Shown one piece after another: positions 39,788-53,226 of a stretch of DNA of 64,000 nucleotides. The notes beneath the pieces were generated by a model. The model searched no databases, was not told where the DNA came from, and was given only the letters and a program-made list of their open reading frames with translations. The position numbers were made by a program, and so were the translations under genes. This stretch comes from Bispira polyomma (Eukaryota): contig OZ287753.1 in assembly GCA_965649765.1 (NCBI GenBank), positions 62,744,001 to 62,808,000 on the forward strand, read 5' to 3'. Positions within the stretch are counted from its first letter, which is position 1, and each line of letters opens with the position of its first letter.

Positions 39788-41868
39788 TACTAGGGCTGAC
39801 ACAGCCATGCTCTTTTTGTGTTTTTGAACTTTTTGAAGGTGGGATTACTTAGTGATGACCACTGGATAGTGTCCACTGTCCCACCACCACTTTCTATCCC
39901 AGTGTTATGCTGGTCATTCGGGAAGTTGTTCATTATTGATTAATATGGCCAGAGTAATCACTTGAATTGATTCATATACACTTGAACCCCTTTAACTTGA
40001 ACCTCAAGGCATAAGGAGAAATATATATTCAACTGAACAATTGTTTTTTGTATAAAACAGAACAAAACTGACTTGATTGAGTTCTAATTAAAAGGGTTTA
40101 TCTGTATAAAGTAAACTTAACTTGGGCTGAAGTGTGGCTCAGATATGTTCCTTGAATGGGGTTTACTTGGGTGTCACATCTCTGTTATGTCCTGCAAAAA
40201 TGAAAGGTTTTGTGTATACTTAAGCCGTACACATGCTACTGGACATTTATATATCTGTTGAAAAAGGGATTTATATGCTTTGTACAACCAAGTATGCTTT
40301 AGTCGTGGCATTGTTGCTTTAGTGCAAAACAGGGAATTTTAGTGATCTCTTCTAAGAGTAGTGAAATGTAACTTTCCTCAAGAGTTTTATTTCGTATGAA
40401 TTACAACGGCAAATGAATATGATGTCATACATACTAAATTGCATTTAAAGGTAAATGGAAGAAAAGAATCAAGAAAAGAGGCTTGCATAAAATTAAAACA
40501 AATTATATAGCTTTATCAATGCTTTAGTTTATATGTATTCACATAATTCGCCTTAATTACTTTAGAAAGGTGCTTTTGCTTTTTGCTGGTTAGGTGTTTA
40601 AGAGTCGTAAGCTCTCATTGTTTAATCTAGGAATCATTTAACTAAATACTTTGCTTTGGTTTCAATTAAATACCATAAATTGGTGTTGACAAACAACTTT
40701 TATTCATACATACACGTCTACTCTTTGTGTATAGAACTTTTGATGTATTCTTGTGTCATTAGTTTTTACTCCGAATGTCGTTTGATTTTTAAAAAACCAT
40801 TGTTTTATACCTTTTATACCTGTTGTGTGTGCTTGTTCCTTGTGTGAACATCTTCAGTTGTTTGGTTCGTACACCGTTTATTTTAGATGTTTAGTGGACA
40901 TTTCATGTTTTAATATTTAAATATCTTGCCATTATGTTCAAACTTTAGGCTATAATTAAGATAGGATTTAATATTTTATGGAAAGCCTGGGCACGTTATG
41001 GACAATGTTTTTAACTAAGCAGAGGTGGCAGAGCAATGTTAGCTTTTGTTGTGATGGTTGTATGCTTGGCTCTGTATTCTGGAGAACCTAGGGTGACTGA
41101 ATCTACAAATCTATTGGTCTCATCTACTAAAGTTGTCTTACATAGAAACTAACTGACTTTTTCTGCTTTTATATTGTTTAAATTAGGCTTCAAAAATGCT
41201 CAGAGATTAGTAATAAAAGTAAACCTGATATAACTGATATTAAAAGTAGTTTTTAGAATCTAATAAAACTATTAACATTTCTGTAACTGAGGTAGGTAGC
41301 ATTAGAATTGCAAACGACATGACTAGACTGAACTGGTTGCAGTGTTATTACAATAGGTAATTGCTAATTTACTTCAACAAATGTTTACAACTAAAGATGT
41401 CACCTGTGTAATGTCAGTTACTGGTGTTGAGCTTGTGGTATAGAACACTGGTGGTAAGTACCAGGTAAGTGATTCATGTTATATTCTTCCCACCGTGGAA
41501 TACACACTCCCACAACGTACTGCTAGGATATTGGACAGGTAAGTAGACCAGGGGGTTCTATTTATCAAAGATCTTAAACTTTCATGGGTTACAATTCACT
41601 TTAACTGTCTAAGATGAACTGCAATATGTTTGGAGATTTTAGATCTCCTTTCTATGTACAAAGGTACAGCCAGGCATATGTTGAGATTATTGCAAGTTTA
41701 CAACCTTTGATAAATACGGACCTAGGGGCAGAGAAATAGCTGACAGATATAAGAACCAGATGTTTGTGTCTCTTTTCACTTGAAGCCAATCGGGTTCATG
41801 GTTATAAATGTGAGTGACCGATAGGAATGCTTGTTATTAAAGATTTGTGGGTATTTGTATTGTTACAG

Positions 41869-41944
41869 AGGGAGAGATGCAGCTGATGACTACAGAAGAT
41901 GGAGACCTAGATGTAGCACAAGGTGGAGAGCTACAGACAGCTAA
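41869..41944 (+). CDS. Penultimate exon (EGEMQLMTTEDGDLDVAQGGELQTAK), phase 1-2
   Basis: Acceptor gttacag|AG, donor CTAA|GTAAGA. Phase 2 joins the terminal exon as AA|A = Lys. Confidence 0.8.
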
Positions 41945-42490
41945 GTAAGACAGCTTACATTATACTAATCCTATGTGTTAGATAGTGGGTAAATTGTTTG
42001 TTTAGGATGAGATCAATATCAAAGGCAAAATTAATTTAATTTCGTCCATTATCGGGACATAACAAGAAACTGAAACATTTCTTCGAAAAAATCTGCCAGA
42101 CCAAAACCTGAAGTGCAAACAATATGTTTTACAAGTAGAAATGGGCTTAAAATGGTTTATTATTTAAAAGGTATTGACTTAAAAATTCCATTAAAATTAT
42201 TGTAAAAGTATTGTCCCAAGGTGAAATAGATGTCCTTTATAACATTGATATGTTTGTATTTCACATCGATATCGGCACCCAAAACCTCCAACAATAAGTA
42301 TTGTCAATATTGATAAACAATTTACGCACTAGTGTTAGTTTGGGTTTTCAACACATTTTGTGCCCTATCATGATGGGCAGTTTACTGGTAGAGGAAATCA
42401 GAGCAGGGGTAGTTAATTAAGGTTTTTGGGTTCTTTAACGTGGTGTTTATGCCCGTGTTTAATGTGGTGTCTAACTTCCCTGTTTTTCAG

Positions 42491-42710
42491 ACTGGTGATG
42501 AAGAAGCAGATCCACAAGAAGACGATTATCCGCGATGGTAAGGAGGAGACGATTGTGACGGAGGACACGCATGTGGAGCAGGACAACGAGGGACCTGAGG
42601 AGCTGAGGGACAGCATGCAGCAGATCATTGACCAGTTCATGGAGGGCAGTGCACAGATGGGGGATGAGGAGAGTGGTCAGCAGCCTCCAGCACTGGAACA
42701 CCACAAGTAG
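42491..42710 (+). CDS. Terminal coding exon (LVMKKQIHKKTIIRDGKEETIVTEDTHVEQDNEGPEELRDSMQQIIDQFMEG...EHHK*)
   Basis: ctaac branch-like motif plus ttccctgtttttcag acceptor, GC-rich coding-like bias, TAG at 42708-42710. Confidence 0.85.
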
Positions 42711-45689
42711 ACAGAGAGGATGATATAGTGAAAGAGAGTGCACAACAATAGCTGTGTATTGGATCATTATAAAGAGACAGTATATATTAAATGTGTGATG
42801 TCAAAATCCTTGGTAGAGAGATATACAACACTGGTTATACAGACTGAAAATGATGATAGGGACATGATGATTTTTGTTCTGATAAATGATAATGATGAAA
42901 TTTTGGATAATTTGGTCCTATATGTGGGGGACAAAAAATAAAAGGTAAAGTAATCAAAGGTTTTGTATAGAATTATCCGCATAGAATGTAAAGAAGTAGA
43001 GAAGTTAGTGTGTGTATGTATATCTCATTATTTGATGATTTTAACATCTTGCACATAGGAGGTTACTAACAGAACTCCAGAACTCTAAGCTGAGATGCAG
43101 ACAAGATGTTGTTTCTAGTTGTTGTTCAGTCTGTCTGAATTTGTATATAACCATCTTTTTATATCTTTTTTTCTCTCTGTCTAATTGTGAATTAGATATA
43201 TATATATATATATTTGTCTTGTAACCGTGGTCAGTAGTGAGGGGCTAACTCTTGTGTACATACAGAAATCTTGTAGTCGTGAAATCTATATTAGATATTG
43301 TGTATAAAAAATAGTAGAAGTAAAATTGTTTTGTTTTTTAATATTACAACGTCGAGGTCTGCAGTGCATCTCAGCTTAAATTTCTGGAGTTGTAATTTGT
43401 TGAGTAATTATTGACTAATTCTAAAATCACATGTATACAGAGAGTTTGGTAGTATAGTTGATGAACTTAGTACAAAGGTTGTGGATGCTTGGGACAAAAT
43501 GCTGCTAAAAAACCAGGTCAAAAGGCAATGAACTTTGTGGTGAGCTTTCTAGAAGGGAAGAGAGTGTGGCTTTTTTCTGTGCTGTAACAAAGCATCTCTA
43601 CTAGCTTTTCGTAGTGTTACATATTAACACAAATGTACTAACACAAGAAGATATTGCTACTTGTTTGTATAACCCAGACTAGACAGTGTGCTCTGAAACA
43701 GCACTTGATGACTTCTAAAAAAACACACAAATGGATGTAATTACTGTTACTGAAGATCCATAAATCGAGTTAAAAAGTAACCAAGATCGTAGGCCATATA
43801 TATATATAGTCACAAACACTGTAGAACTAGAAGCCATGGAGTTTCTCTTAACCAATCATTATTGCACGATGCTATTTGAAGAGCGAGAAAAAGAAAGCAG
43901 CTTCTTTGTCAGTAACTGGGTAATTCTAAGGTTATAGACCATTGTTTGTGAGAAGGCCTCTCTGGAAGTTATGTCCATTTGTTAAACTCTTGACAACCAT
44001 TCCAAGGTGTGTGGTTTTGTATACTGCAATCGATGACCAGTGTAGTGTAGTGTGAACACGTTTGGTGTGGCTGGCTGGAAGAAGCTCCTATTGTGATGTT
44101 ATTATCATGAGGTTGTGTGTGGGTCACTTGCCAGCTAGTTTTACAACTTAAAACAGTTAGGAGCAAAATGTATATTATATATAACTTATACACCATATAT
44201 TATATATCTATACAAGAGAACAGTCAGTGTGTAAGTGTATTCAGAAGAAACAAACACCATCTTTTTTCATACATTTACTGGTGAATAAACCAGTTTTACT
44301 CACCAGGGCCTATTGATCAAAAATGTGTTAATACCAAAACTGTACAGGAGCTGATGCTATGTGTAGTGTGTGCTATATCTGTAATAGTACCTACAAAAGA
44401 AACCTGTAATATGTATGTAGTAAGTATATATATACCACTGATGTATGTCTAGATACACATATAACAGTTGGTGGAGTGTGAGGTGTACACCAAGTGTGGC
44501 AGTGTGGGGTTCATACCTATAAGTTGGCTGTTGTTGGTGGGGGCTGGCAGTAGAAATAATAGGCTTTCATTGTTCTTTTATTAGATGGTTCTATATAATA
44601 TCTCCAAATGTCAAGTAGATGTTAGATGTTCATATATACACTATATAGATATATGTAGACTGGGACTTTAATTGATTCAGAAGTAACTAGCTTTTCACTT
44701 TCTAACACATTTACAAGAGGATTATGATTCTATAATAAAAGTGTGTGCATCGATCATGAAAAAAATACATAAAATTAACGAGTTTCATTGATATGTTAAA
44801 AGCTGATGTAAAGTTGATGGGATTGGTGTGAATTAGTTTTGTAAGATTAACATAGACGCAGTTATAGTGCTTTAATTGGTTTAATTCTTCTTAAAAGATT
44901 TCTCGTGTGTATATTTAGACACTCTGGTTTATTGTGATTATATGGTAAATTCTAGTTGAGGAGAAAGAAATTGGAAAGAAATAATGGTGTGTAATCTGAT
45001 GAAATAAGGATTTATAATATAGAGCAATATATGTAATATTATATCCAGAGGTAACTTTGTATAGTAAACAGCAAGAACATTGGGAAGATCATATCTCTAT
45101 ACACAGAGAAGTGGGAAGATCATATCTCTATACACAGAGAAGTATATGTATTAGTATAACTTTGTTGGAAGACTATTTCTATTGGTATCTGTATTGTTTT
45201 ATACCATATTGTCAATGTTTTAAGTGGTAGATTTCGTTGTTATTCTTTGAAGCCTTTATTGAATGTTGAAGTCAATCTATGGATGTTTTAAGGCACTGGT
45301 GTTCGTGAGGTATCTTCTTTTTTTTTTTGAATTTTATAGACGTTTGATGTTTTAATAATTATAATAACCTTTCTTGCGATAACTGAAGCATTTATACCTT
45401 ACTGAAGATGAACTTTTTTATTGTCTGCAACTTTCTTACTGTTAAACTGGAGATGAAATTGTTTTTGTACTGGAAAGAGGAGCACTTTAAAGTAGAATTA
45501 TGGATTTTCTTACAATCAATTGGTGTATTAATGTTGGTGATTTGTGAAACTATTGAAAACAATTCTATTCTGTACTTCACTAGCATAGTTTGCTAATGTG
45601 TCCTTGTGCATTAAAGCTTGTACCACTAAAACAACCATCTTTAATTTGGTGTTCATCCAAAAGCATAAACCACTCCTCAACCAAATTCC

Positions 45690-46948
45690 AACTAGACCTA
45701 GCGTATTGGAGAACCAATGCATATTTGTATCCACCAGAAAGATAAAGCACCCTAGGTAGCAAGCACCCTAGCTAGAAGCCTATTATTTCCTATAGGGCAT
45801 TTTTGCTAAAGCCTTAAATGGCACAAGTGGGTTTACATTGCAAACCTGTGGGACCAATAATAAGTGTGAGATAGGCACTTTAAAGTTTGGCCTACTCGTT
45901 TAACCTTGCACGAGGGGTCCAAGGTCAAATCTGACCACAGCAAAAGATTACCAGCCCATGATTTCCTATAGGTTGGTTTCACATCCCAAACTACCTCTAC
46001 AACTAATAATAAGCAAGATATTGGCACTTTTAAGTTTGACCAAGACTGACCTTGAATGAGGGCCCAAGGTCAAATCAGACGACATCAATAGATTCCCAGG
46101 CCTTGATATCCTATGGGTTGGTTTCATATTCTAAACCTCTAGGACCAATAATAAGCGAGATATAGGCACTTTTATGTTTGGCTATCCGCATTTGACCTTG
46201 AACAAGGGGTCCCAAAGGTCAAATCTGAGCACATGAAAAGATTCCCAAGCCATGATTTTCTATAGGTTGGTTTGGCACTCCAAACCTCTGGGACCAATAA
46301 TAAGTGACATATAGGCACTTTTAAGTTGGGCCATCCGCAATTGACTTTGAACGAGAGGCCCAAGATCAAATCGGACCACATCAAAAGATTTCCAGGCCAT
46401 GATTTTGAAAAGGTTGGTTTTACATCTAAAACCTGTTTGACCAAAAATAAGCGAGATATAAAAATTTTTAAGTTTGGCCATCCCTGTTTGACCTTGAAGG
46501 AGGTCAAATCTGAGCACATGAAAAGATTCCCTGCTCGCGTTTTCCTATAGTTTGGTTTGAGATCCCAAACTACCTCTACGACCAATAAGTGAGATATAGG
46601 CAATTTTAAGTTTGGCCAAAATCGGTCACTTGGGGTACTTTGGCACTCTGTTGATGACCTTAAATGAGGAGATCCAAGGTCAAATGCATGCTTATACAGG
46701 ACATATATATCCATTAAACACATCACCGAAAAGAGATTTAACCTTCTACAGTTAAGGAACAGATGCAGTTAAAACCCTGATCATTTCAAAGAAGCGCCTG
46801 TGGCTGCCATCTTGTTTTTTAAAATGAGACTAAAATTAGTCCCAGGCAAGCTTTTGTAATAAAGAACATTTCCTGTAAATTTCTGGAGCCTAGGTTGAAA
46901 AGTTTTTCTGGGAGAGTGGCAACGGTAAAATCTCCGGTGAATACAATT
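45690..46948 (+). mobile_element. Non-autonomous Helentron-like (HINE/DINE-1/pearl-type) element with ~5 internal ~140-150 bp core repeats
   Basis: Starts AACTAGACCTAGCG with a hairpin (GCGTATTGG agaa CCAATGC). Subterminal inverted pair TTGTATCCACC / GGTGAATACAA. Core repeats GGTCAAATCTGACCAC...GATTTCCTATAGGTTGG. Confidence 0.7.
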
Positions 46949-47225
46949 ACTTGTTTGTAGGAACTTTAGCTGTGGAAAGTGACCACATTTCAAAGAGGAC
47001 TGCTTGCCCAGTGGTCCTAATTAGCAAGGTCAAGGTCATATCTTGTGTCTGTATCTGTTTTTGCTAGAATGAAGTGAAAATTTGTATAAAGTTTTCAATC
47101 TGTAGGATGGAAACAACTTGTTATTTCTTGAAGGTTTAGTAAAATTGATCCAGGAATTTGGAATGAATAAAATTGTGAAGAAAAAAAATCGTACTGAAAA
47201 CATTTGGAAGATTCAGCAGATAAAA

Positions 47226-47823
47226 AATAGCATCACAGATGCCCGTATCCCACAGATTGGGTGAATGGTCAGAGACCAGCAGATACAGAAGAGGTGAATA
47301 TGTGCAACTGGTAATGCGTCGTGTGCAAGAGACAAAGTATAAGTTATGTAAAGATTTTTAAGTTTGTCCAGCCCTACAATAGCTGAAATGTTGCAGAATG
47401 AGACTACCGAAGGAACATCCCTGCCAAGTTTGAACTTGTTCCACCTTACGGATACAGAGATACAAACTGAACAAGATTTTGAAGTACATGGTCACGGGCA
47501 GGGTCAAAAGTCAAACTGAGGTCAGACCATGAAGTTGCATAATTAGACGCCCCAAGGAACATCCCAGCCGAGTTTGAACGTCTTCCACCTTACGGTTGCC
47601 GAGATCTGACCCGGATAAGATTTTGAAGTCCAAGGTCACAGGGGCGAGGTCAAAGTGAGGTCAGACTATGACGTTGCACAATTTGACCCCCTAAGGAACA
47701 TCCCTGCCAAGTTTTAACTTCTACCTTACGGTTACCGAGAGCTAGCCCAGACAAGTTTAGCATCCGCTGCCCGCCCACCCAGCTAGACGACATGGGTGAA
47801 AACAAAGGCTGTGGGGTAATAAA
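47226..47823 (+). mobile_element. Second HINE-like family element with 3 x ~140-145 bp core repeats
   Basis: 5' hairpin GCATC aca GATGC, subterminal inverted pair TATCCCACAG / CTGTGGGGTA, repeats AAGGAACATCCC at ~47410, 47553 and 47693. Confidence 0.65.
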
Positions 47824-47830
47824 ACAAGTG

Positions 47831-48558
47831 AAACTAGACCTAGCGCATCAGAGAACCGATGCATTTTTGTATCTACCAGAGACACAGCAGCCTACGTAGG
47901 AAGCACCCAAGCTATGGCTACCCTCGTCTGATCCTGAAGGAGGGGCCCCAACGTCAAATCTGACCACATCAGAAGATTCTCAGCCCATGATTACCTATAA
48001 GTTGGTTTCACAATGCAAACCTCTAGGACCAATAATGACGGAGTTATAAGCACTTTTAAGTTTGGATACCTTGTTTGACCTTGAATGAGGGGTCTAAGGT
48101 CAAACCTGACCACAGAAGATTCCTAGCCCATGATTTTCTACAGGTTGACTTCACATGCCAATAACAAGGCATATAGACATCATTATGTGGGGTACTTTGG
48201 CACTCTGTGGATGACCTTGAATGAAGAGCTTCAAGGTCAAATGTCTGCATGCTTGTAGAGGACATATATATCTGTTATACATATCGCCTATGAACAGATT
48301 TAACCTTCTAGTTACGAGAACCAGCCAGTAGAAAAAGGTGGATAATTTTTAAAGAAATGCCGATGGCAGCCATCTTGTTTTTCAGAATGAGGCTAAATTC
48401 TGTCGCAGAAAAGCTTACCTCTCGCTGAAGATATCCTGCAAATTTTGTGAAGTTAGCTGGTCATTCCGCTGAGAGTGTTAACAGCAAAAATCTCTCTGCG
48501 GCGGAGGTGGTGGCTGCGTAGCAAACGCTAAACCAAAGGATCAATGGATACAATAAAA
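47831..48558 (+). mobile_element. Second copy of the 45690-46948 HINE-like family with 2 core repeats
   Basis: Same AACTAGACCTAGCG start, core repeat and TGGGGTACTTTGGCACTCTG block; ends in TGGATACAAT. Confidence 0.7.
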
Positions 48559-49687
48559 GGTGTAATTTATGGATGGATAAAGACGCAACATATTGTAACA
48601 TATTTATTGATTCTAATAATTGCAGCACATATATATGTACTACCATATGTATGCAATTTATAGGCACCATTTTATTTAACAAACAGATATGCAAACAATT
48701 CTACAAAGGACAACAGAGAATGTTTTAATACAGTTCAACTGATAAATTCACTCTACTGTGATAGTTCTCCAACTCTTGATTTTAAAACAGCACTAAGTTT
48801 CATTGGTATTCCAAGTTAAATCAAGCAACATTACAACTACTATTTCAACCATTTTCTCGTTTTACACCTCTCAAAAAAATAGTGAGTTTATTTCAAAAAC
48901 ACAAGTCACTTCTTGGTTTTTTTAAAAATGAACCCTTTGTCCGAGGAAATATTTACCAAGGCAAAAACAGATACTAAATGAATAAAATAAATTAAAACAT
49001 AAAACTTCAAATAAAAACAGATATTTGTTGTTTCTAATGCTTTGTGTTCTGTAATTTTAAAACCTTGATTCTTGTATTCTGTAATTTTAAAACTTTGATT
49101 CTTGCCCACTGGACATCGAGCATCAATATTTACACAAACTTCATTTTCACTCTACTGTATTTTTGCACATTCAAGGCTCGCGTAAATTTAATCCACACAA
49201 AAATAAGCACTTAAATCATCATTTTACAATATTTAAACTCCCAATCTCAGTGTTATTACACATATACAGATGGGCTGATGTTACAACCAATAATGTATCA
49301 ACTTCGCCTATCACAAATTGACCAAAACCCTACCAATAATGTATCAAATTTGACCAATATTGTATCAATACACTTCCACAATAACGTTACAATCGATACA
49401 TGCGTTATTGGTTGTTGGTACGTTATTGGCTTGGTTGATCCATTATTGGTTTTTGATACATTTTACCGGTTGTAAAAGCCGATCTACTCCATACCATATT
49501 TCTCCAATCTCTATATTAATGTAACCACTAACTTATACAGTAAACCTCTGTAACTAGAACAAATAGTCTAGGCCCAACATTCAAACATACTCGGTATCAC
49601 TAAGGTAGAAGTGAGCCAGAACTAGAACCCAATACTGTAGAGATATTTGGATATTCAACTGTACTGCACCACTCCACCTCCTGTAAT

Positions 49688-49950
49688 CTTTGAATTTGAA
49701 TTTGGATATTTAACGTCTACTCTAGTACCTGTTTAGGTTATATTGGGACGGGTAGTTGGAAACGCTGGAGGAAACACTGCATACAGTTGATCAAGGTTCT
49801 GCACTGAAACCAGCAGCCCACAGTAAGGAACTACCACCTTTCCCACATAGGCATCGACGGGGGTGAAACCCACGCCAGCTGATACCAGGGTTGAGAGATC
49901 AGTGATTGTGAAGCACAATGCTTGCTAACCACTAGGCCACCGCAACCCCT
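49688..49950 (-). mobile_element. Full-length tRNA-derived SINE with 12 bp target-site duplication
   Basis: A-box TGGCCTAGTGG, degenerate B-box GGGTTTCACCCCC, 3' GACGTTAAA then (TTCAAA)n tail. TSD ACCTCCTGTAAT at 49676-49687 and 49951-49962. Confidence 0.88.
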
Positions 49951-52136
49951 ACCTCCTGTAATTTATTTGCTGTATTAAGCAGTAGTTTCTTCTCAACTAA
50001 ATAGCAAACTCCTGATAGACTCTCTGGGCTTTAAAATCTTCATTCATAATACTCCATTATAATTTGTGTTGTCTCAGTAAATATGTAAAACATCTCTCTA
50101 ATATAATCATTGATAATCCACATTGATAAAGCACTAGAAATAATAGTCTATTTTAATACAGTGAATTATTCAAAATATACAACCCTTTTGATCTGATTAT
50201 GTACAATTCATATAGCATTTTGAAAAACATCCATCGTAAAACATTGTCAAAATACAAACAACTGTATCATTGGCCACTTAAACATTACATTAAAAATTGT
50301 ACAAAACATTTCTTATTACTGATACTGCTGTATATATCATTAAAATAATTGCTATATTGGTCCATATGACCTGTGTAAATATAACTGATCTGAAAGTATA
50401 TGCATGACAAATACTTGCTGTAAAAGCTGTAGCGCTCCATACACCAATAAATACTTAGATAAATCAACATGACAACATATATAAAACTTGTATGTGCTTG
50501 TCGATTACAAAACTATACAACTTTAATTTAATACCAATATCAAAAGTATAGATACTGGCTGTATTCTGTATTGGTCATATCTGTCTTTGCATAACACAGT
50601 AAAACATGGGGGGGCTGTGGTAAATTGATCCGCATTCAAATTCTAAAATGCAAGATGTAGTCCTTGCACGAGTAGTTTTAATGGTTCAGAGATAAAGGAA
50701 ACCCATGTTATGCATACATGTTGGAACAAGCTGTCAATTAAGATATAACAAATGCCAAACAATACCATATAGCATTCTTTGGAATCTGTAATTGAAGGAA
50801 CTATATCCACTTGGGCATCAACTACACTGCAGCTGAAATTAGTCTCCTTCCGTTCATACATATATGGTTATTTTTAACATAGCGTTGAGCCAATCAGAAT
50901 TGCGGACACAGACCTATCATGTTAGAATTTGGGAGAGAGAAAGTAGGTTGTTAAGATGGAATATTTGGGTAATGAAGGTTTTACTGTAAATATACACTAG
51001 TACATGGGTAAACACGAAGGGGTCCGCATTATAAAGTGGGTCGATTTTGTTTAAATCACTATCAAAAGTTATGTAAAGCAATAAAGAATAGCGAAAGTAT
51101 GTACTAAATCAAATAAACTAAGTTCATTTTGTCTGTCGAACAATTTAGTGGGAGTTAAAAAATCAACAACCAACTTTAACACTACTGACCCATTTGATGT
51201 AGAGCCATGTATACTGATAAGACCAACACAGTCAATGTCTTCTCGTACAAGGTCTATGGGGGCCAACAAGTCACACAATGCTCCTGTAAACCACATTCAT
51301 ATAGGACTGCCACTCATGGGGTCAAAGGCTTTTGTGACCTTTCTAGTTTCCATATACCAAAACCTTTGGCAGTCAATAAATGATATATATATACCATGTC
51401 TCCAATGAAATGGTTCTGTGAGACACAGTTTTCCGTGTAATCAAAGCAAAGATGTCAAATTTAGAAGCCATTATTACTAGCAAGCAATAAGATGGAAATC
51501 TAGAAGCTTACTGAACATTTTACATGTCACAAACTGTTTATATACTACTTAGCTATTAACACACACAGCATGGTCCGTATCACATGTCATTTTCACTGGG
51601 AAATAATTAAGCGGACTACACAGGTTATAAATCTTAATCGGCTTAAAAAATTTTGGGTAAAACTTGAATTTTCATTCATCTTTAAGTTACCAATTGTTTA
51701 CAGTACAAGTAAATTACAATGAACGTCTAACAAATACTTAAGTTGTACTCTACTTAACATTTTAACTGTAAAGCGAAAATATAGTTAAACTGCGTCTTCT
51801 CATATGTGCTGGCTAAGCAAATATTGTAATATGCAAGAACCAATAGAAGCCTATGTCTAATTTTACAGTTAAATGATCTGCTAAAATGACTGCTAGCAGT
51901 ACATTTGTTTTGATACTACATAGTCGCTCAAATGACAGTTACTCAGTCATTTAATCGGTTTCTTTCCATTTTTAATACATCAGGAAACACATTGATAAGG
52001 TTTTCATGTATCACCATTTTCATTTAGAAGTTTGTATGTATGACCAAGGTTTTAAATGAGCAGGTTTTTTATATATGACCCAAGTTTTTTGCTTGTATAA
52101 TCAGACAACAATAACAAGTAAATCAGATAACAAGAA

Positions 52137-52673
52137 CATTATCACATATTTTAGTACACTAAACTTCCTCTCCAGGTACCTCACAAGGTACTCAAAAGGT
52201 ACCCGATGTGACCCAGTTTTTTTTTCAACTCTGTATCAATAGCCAGTTTAATTTTCTCACATCAGATCATTATCACATATTTTAGTAAAATAAACTTCCT
52301 CTCCAGGTACCTCACAAGGTACTCAAAAGGTACCCGATGTGACCCAGTTTTTTTTTCAGCTCTGTATCAATAGCCAGTTTAATTTTCTCACATCAGATGT
52401 TAAATATTTAGTCCCAGAGAGGTACAATAAACCTCCTCCCCATGTACCTCACAAGGTACTCACAAGGTACCAGATGGGATCCACTCTGTCTATTTTTGCT
52501 CTGTATCAATAGCCTGTATAATCATCACACATCAGATGTTCAATATTTTGTCTCACAGATAGGTGCACTTAAACCTCCTCTCCAGGTACATCGCAAGGTA
52601 CTCACAAGGTACCCGATGGGACCCACACTGTCTTTTTCTGCTCTGTATCAATGGCCTGTTTAATCTTCACACA
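52137..52673. repeat. 4 x 131-142 bp tandem repeat containing the last ~22 DLG5 codons, the stop and the proximal 3'UTR
   Basis: TAAAC(C/T)TCCTC anchors at 52160, 52291, 52428 and 52570. Confidence 0.92.
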
Positions 52674-52705
52674 CAAGTAGGCCAGATTTTCTCCTTGTAT
52701 CACAT
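52602..52705 (-). CDS. DLG5: DLG5 last coding exon (DVIQGENLAYLCVKIKQAIDTEQKKTVWVPSGTL*); absent from ORF track
   Basis: Acceptor acttgtag|AT in phase 1. VIQG..L...C..I......EQ.K..W.P matches the DLG5 C-terminus. TGA at 52604-52602. Confidence 0.92.
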
Positions 52706-52913
52706 CTACAAGTAATACCAACAGTCAAGGTAACACAGATTAAGGTGTAGGCTGGAAAAGTGAGATTGACATCTAGTCCTGCTCTATATACATCAGACAA
52801 ATACAAATATTGTTACCATTTACATTCTTTCTATCTAGCTGCAATGACAGTCATAACACACTCCCCTTCCAACTCGCCAGTGATGGGTTCAAAATCCATG
52901 TATGTGGCATGTA

Positions 52914-53089
52914 CAGTAAAACTTCTATTATCCGAACATGTTGGGAGAGCTATATTTTGCTTGGATAATGGAATATTTATAAAATAGAAAAGGCATTTTA
53001 GTTCAAACAATAGGTAACATAAATTTGGGGCGTTAATAAAATTGAATATTCAGATCACAGAAGTTCGGATAATAGAGGTTGTTCTACTG
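52914..53089. mobile_element. Tc1/mariner(pogo)-type MITE; related ends at ~36880 and ~39134
   Basis: TA-flanked TIR CAGTAAAACTTCTATTATCCGAAC ... GTTCGGATAATAGAGGTTGTTCTACTG. Confidence 0.75.
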
Positions 53090-53090
53090 T

Positions 53091-53226
53091 ATGTGGAAAA
53101 CTTGGCAGTAGACTTGCTGAAGGCTGGTGTAGTTTGCTGATTATCCTCCACCAGTGAACCCCCCCGCCGTGATATGATGACACAGGACATGTTAAAAGTG
53201 ACATTAAAACACAACTAAACTGAATC
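53091..53226 (+). mobile_element. SINE 3' fragment
   Basis: ATGTGGAAAA...TCCTCCACC...CCGCCGTGATAT...GACATTAAAACAC body and tail similar to the other SINEs. Confidence 0.5.

Noticed and set aside
36210-45142. Short local duplications (~36210-36292, ~38590-38795, 45081-45142)
   Set aside because: Ordinary low-copy tandem duplications with no link to exon boundaries or other structure.
45833-46993. ORFs of 64-184 aa in the intergenic repeats
   Set aside because: They arise from the ~145 bp core repeats of the Helentron-like element and show no protein motif.
49860-49950. tRNA gene
   Set aside because: A and B boxes are present but there is no cloverleaf; the body, tail and TSD identify a SINE.
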